NCBI RefSeq assembly: GCF_000143415.4
Contig: NW_003314399.1
Span: forward strand, 205,428-269,427
Reading direction: 5' to 3'
Source of the DNA: Selaginella moellendorffii
Lineage: Eukaryota > Plantae > Lycopodiophyta
DNA: 64,000 nucleotides
A program made the position numbers and the translations under genes. How positions within the stretch are numbered: position 1 is the first letter of the stretch; every line of letters begins with the position of its first letter. A model generated the notes under the pieces. The model searched no databases and was not told where the DNA came from. It saw only the letters and a list, made by a program, of their open reading frames with translations. Shown here in pieces: positions 61,316-64,000 of this stretch.

Positions 61316-62269
61316 TCACTGGAGCTCTTGAGCCAAAACCTCCATGAGCGAAGCCACAAACTGCATTTGGACGTCCTCTTCAATTCTAGAGAACAATGGC
61401 ACATGTACAAATATACACACAGTCCCGTTGGCGCGAGCGTGCCGCAGCGACTGGTAGTAAACGTAGTTGCACACGAATCGCCCTGCGTCGTCCGACAGCG
61501 TCACCTCGAAGCCTTTGGACGCGAGGCAGCGGACGATCTCGGCCGCTGGCAGCGTCGTCTGTGCCAAGAACAGTTTCGGGAGTGGAAACATCGTCACGCA
61601 AACGCGAGCAAAAACCGGAAACAATCTAAACTTCGTACCTCGCGGGTTGCCGAAAGAGGCCCGTCCTCCGGCGCAATCTGGACCCTCTGGAACCAGCAAA
61701 AGTTTGTATGCGCTCAAGTTTTGTATGGACGAAAGAACAAGCGAAAAGAATAGAACCTGCGGCTGCCATCCCATTTCATCCGGGCAACGGAATGTAGCTT
61801 CGTTGACGGCGCGGCGCTCAATCGCAAATCTCGAAGCTCCACTGTTCACGCCAAAGTGTATCTTCACGAAAGGTAAAAGAACAAAACTATCAGCATACAC
61901 CGCTTGGATAAATACAAAGGCCACACATAGTAAAAACAAAGAAAAGAGAGAACTGAGAGAACGTACCCAGAGGACTCGACCAGACGATGGATCTGGCTGC
62001 TCGATGAAACTCCCGAGCTTTCTGTGAGCCGAGGACGACGGTGGCGATATCGCAGCATCCAGCAGATCCATAAGAGTCGGGAGAGCACCCTCTCCTGCCG
62101 TCTCCAGGACCGTAGCGCTCTCCAGAGTGAATCCCTGCGGGAGGCCGCCATCCTTGAAGTAGCTCGACAGCCTGCCGACTATAACTTCGGTTGGATTCTT
62201 GGCCACTCCATGGAACTTCTTGAATCCAGTGACGTGAATTCTGGTGACGGGAACTCCCTCCGACCCCAT
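61316..62269 (-). CDS. Pyroglutamyl-peptidase I (peptidase C15), 4 exons
   Basis: MGSEG...IHVTGFKKF; HFGV; AVNEATFRCPDE; SDDAGRFVCNYVYY (catalytic Cys); FVHVP (catalytic His). Confidence 0.95.
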   Translation of the reverse strand: MGSEGVPVTRIHVTGFKKFHGVAKNPTEVIVGRLSSYFKDGGLPQGFTLESATVLETAGEGALPTLMDLLDAAISPPSSSAHRKLGSFIEQPDPSSGRVLWVRSLSSLFSLFLLCVAFVFIQAVYADSFVLLPFVKIHFGVNSGASRFAIERRAVNEATFRCPDEMGWQPQVLFFSLVLSSIQNLSAYKLLLVPEGPDCAGGRASFGNPRGTKFRLFPVFARVCVTMFPLPKLFLAQTTLPAAEIVRCLASKGFEVTLSDDAGRFVCNYVYYQSLRHARANGTVCIFVHVPLFSRIEEDVQMQFVASLMEVLAQELQ

Positions 62270-63606
62270 TACTTCCTCCAAGCGCTAAAAGACCTGTAAC
62301 AGTAGCTCCACTTTGATCAGAGCTCCATGCCTTGACCGCTTCCAAAAGAGGGCAAGCCTCGGGGCCAAAAGTACCAGAGTTAACGGTTGTCACAAGTATG
62401 ACCGAGCCATCTCCGAATCTGATTCTCTTCCGCTCTGCCTCTTTGGAGCAAGCTTCCAATCCGAGAATAAGCTCCAGCCGCAGCAATCACAGGGAATCTG
62501 TAATAGCCGTGTCGATCATGATCGAAGCACTGTAGCCTGCTTTCCTTTCCTTTTTTATTTCGGCCTTCTTTTTGTGCAGGGGGGACCCCCACTGCCACGC
62601 CCGAGTACAGGATTCGCAATATGTCACCTCGTTCCGCACCTACTGTAGAAGAGTTGGCTGCCCTTTTAAAAGTCTCGCTCTCTCCTTCTACACGACTGAG
62701 AATGATTGAGGCATAAAAACTGCAGCCCGAACAAAAGCCTGAACAAAAGCCTGCAACCCCGCAATGGTGATGAATGAAGCCGCAAAACACTGACCCGTCA
62801 TAGTTGCTCCTAGAACATACTCATTCCTTCACCACCAAGTGCTAAATGTGTGAAATGCTCCTGCACCAACATTGGGAGGTGAGTTTCACCACGTAAACTA
62901 TGATTCGCTGCTCAAGTGAAATCCCACAAAGCAAAAAAAAAGTCCAGCTCCATGAATCTTAAATTTCGTCCTTGGCGTACGAAAGTGACCCACACCGATC
63001 TAGATCAAATCAGACTCTATCTAGTAGAGACCGCACTTGGGCAGCAAAAACGAAAAAAAACATAAAAACAAAAGAATCGAGAGAGCGAGAGAACTTATCA
63101 TGGACGGAAAGAACTTTCCTCGCTAAGCTAGCTTCGCGATAGAAAAGAAAGGAAGTGGAGTCTCTCAGCTCCGACAAAAAACCAGAAAAGAAAACAAAAA
63201 AGCTTTGCTCAAAGAGGATGTCACTGGACACACACATGCGCTGCCACGAGAGAGCATACAAAAACGAAAGCTCCATAATGCGCCTTTCGGCGAGAGGAGG
63301 GCGAAGAAAAGAAGAAGAATGCGCGATGCGCGATGATGCTCTCCCAATCAAGCTAAGAATAAAATCCTACGTACCTCGAGACCGGTAGCGCGATCAAATC
63401 ATCGAACCAAGCTCGAGAATCACCCTCGCATTCGCGGGGCGCGCCCTCGCAACGGCAAAAATCCACACTTGCCCTAAAACACAAGGCATATTCGCTGGAC
63501 CCAGGCATATTCCGTTTAAGCAGGCATATTCTCGAACATTCATTAGAATATTTCATCCTTGGGTTGAGGAATTATTCTATTAAGTTTATCAAAACTTTGA
63601 CCTTAT

Positions 63607-64000
63607 TTAGTTCTTCGTTACCAGACGGAGCTGCCCATGCTGGATATCCTTGAAGATGTTAAACGCGGCAGTCCCTGCGAGCGAGCCGTCCACCACCAAG
63701 TCATGGCCGCTCACAAACCTCGACTCATCGCTGGCGAGGAAGAGCGCGGCCTCTGCGATCTCCTCCGGCTCCATCAAGGCCCGGAGATCAAACCCGGGCT
63801 TCCCTGAAAACGCCGCTTGCATCTCAAGCTTGGCCTCCGCAACCGGGACCAAGTTCTCCCAAAACTTCGTCGAGATTTCGGTCACCACCCCGGCCGGAGA
63901 GATGCAGTTCACTCGGACCCCGTGAAAGGCCAGCTCCGAGGCCGCCAACTTTGTGATGCCAACCACGGCGTGCTTGCTGATGGTGTAGGGGTGGAGCGCG
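63607..64000 (-). CDS. Short-chain dehydrogenase/reductase (SDR110C-like), 3' part only
   Basis: PYTISKHAVVG (YxxxK); GVRVNCISP; LFLASDESRFVSGHDLVVDG. Runs off the window edge. Confidence 0.92.
   Translation of the reverse strand, partial: ALHPYTISKHAVVGITKLAASELAFHGVRVNCISPAGVVTEISTKFWENLVPVAEAKLEMQAAFSGKPGFDLRALMEPEEIAEAALFLASDESRFVSGHDLVVDGSLAGTAAFNIFKDIQHGQLRLVTKN

Noticed and set aside
61316-62281. 321-aa intronless peptidase ORF
   Set aside because: The frame is open through three introns by chance; the true third exon (RVQIAPEDGPLSATRE) is in another frame.

Overview
Plant nuclear DNA, most likely the lycophyte Selaginella (inferred from gene-dense blocks, 40-60 nt introns and many intronless PLS-PPR genes). 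1-7.8 kb is a nested LTR-retrotransposon cluster: a complete Cassandra-type TRIM whose LTRs carry a 5S rRNA segment, two further miniature LTR elements sharing an LTR core motif with it, and a decayed Ty3/gypsy with a micro-inverted gag. 7.8-14.2 kb is AT-rich and unassigned. Next come an NPH3/NPY-family gene, a 2OG-Fe(II) dioxygenase, a PPR gene and a PPR pseudogene. An AT-rich block (27-31.4 kb) holds a ~560-bp fold-back and a ~160-bp satellite. It is followed by a full-length gypsy element with a 4-bp TSD, a tRNA-Ala PBS and a -1 frameshift signal (slippery heptamer plus predicted pseudoknot). The right half is gene-dense: PA200, a BURP gene plus a duplicated pseudogene block, GH1 beta-glucosidase, GT17, a PPR pseudogene, a TBL fragment, a PPR gene, LEC14B/DCAF11, a secreted Pro-rich protein, an EGF-like GPI protein, pyroglutamyl peptidase I and a partial SDR. 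All calls were made by eye; no database searches were run.
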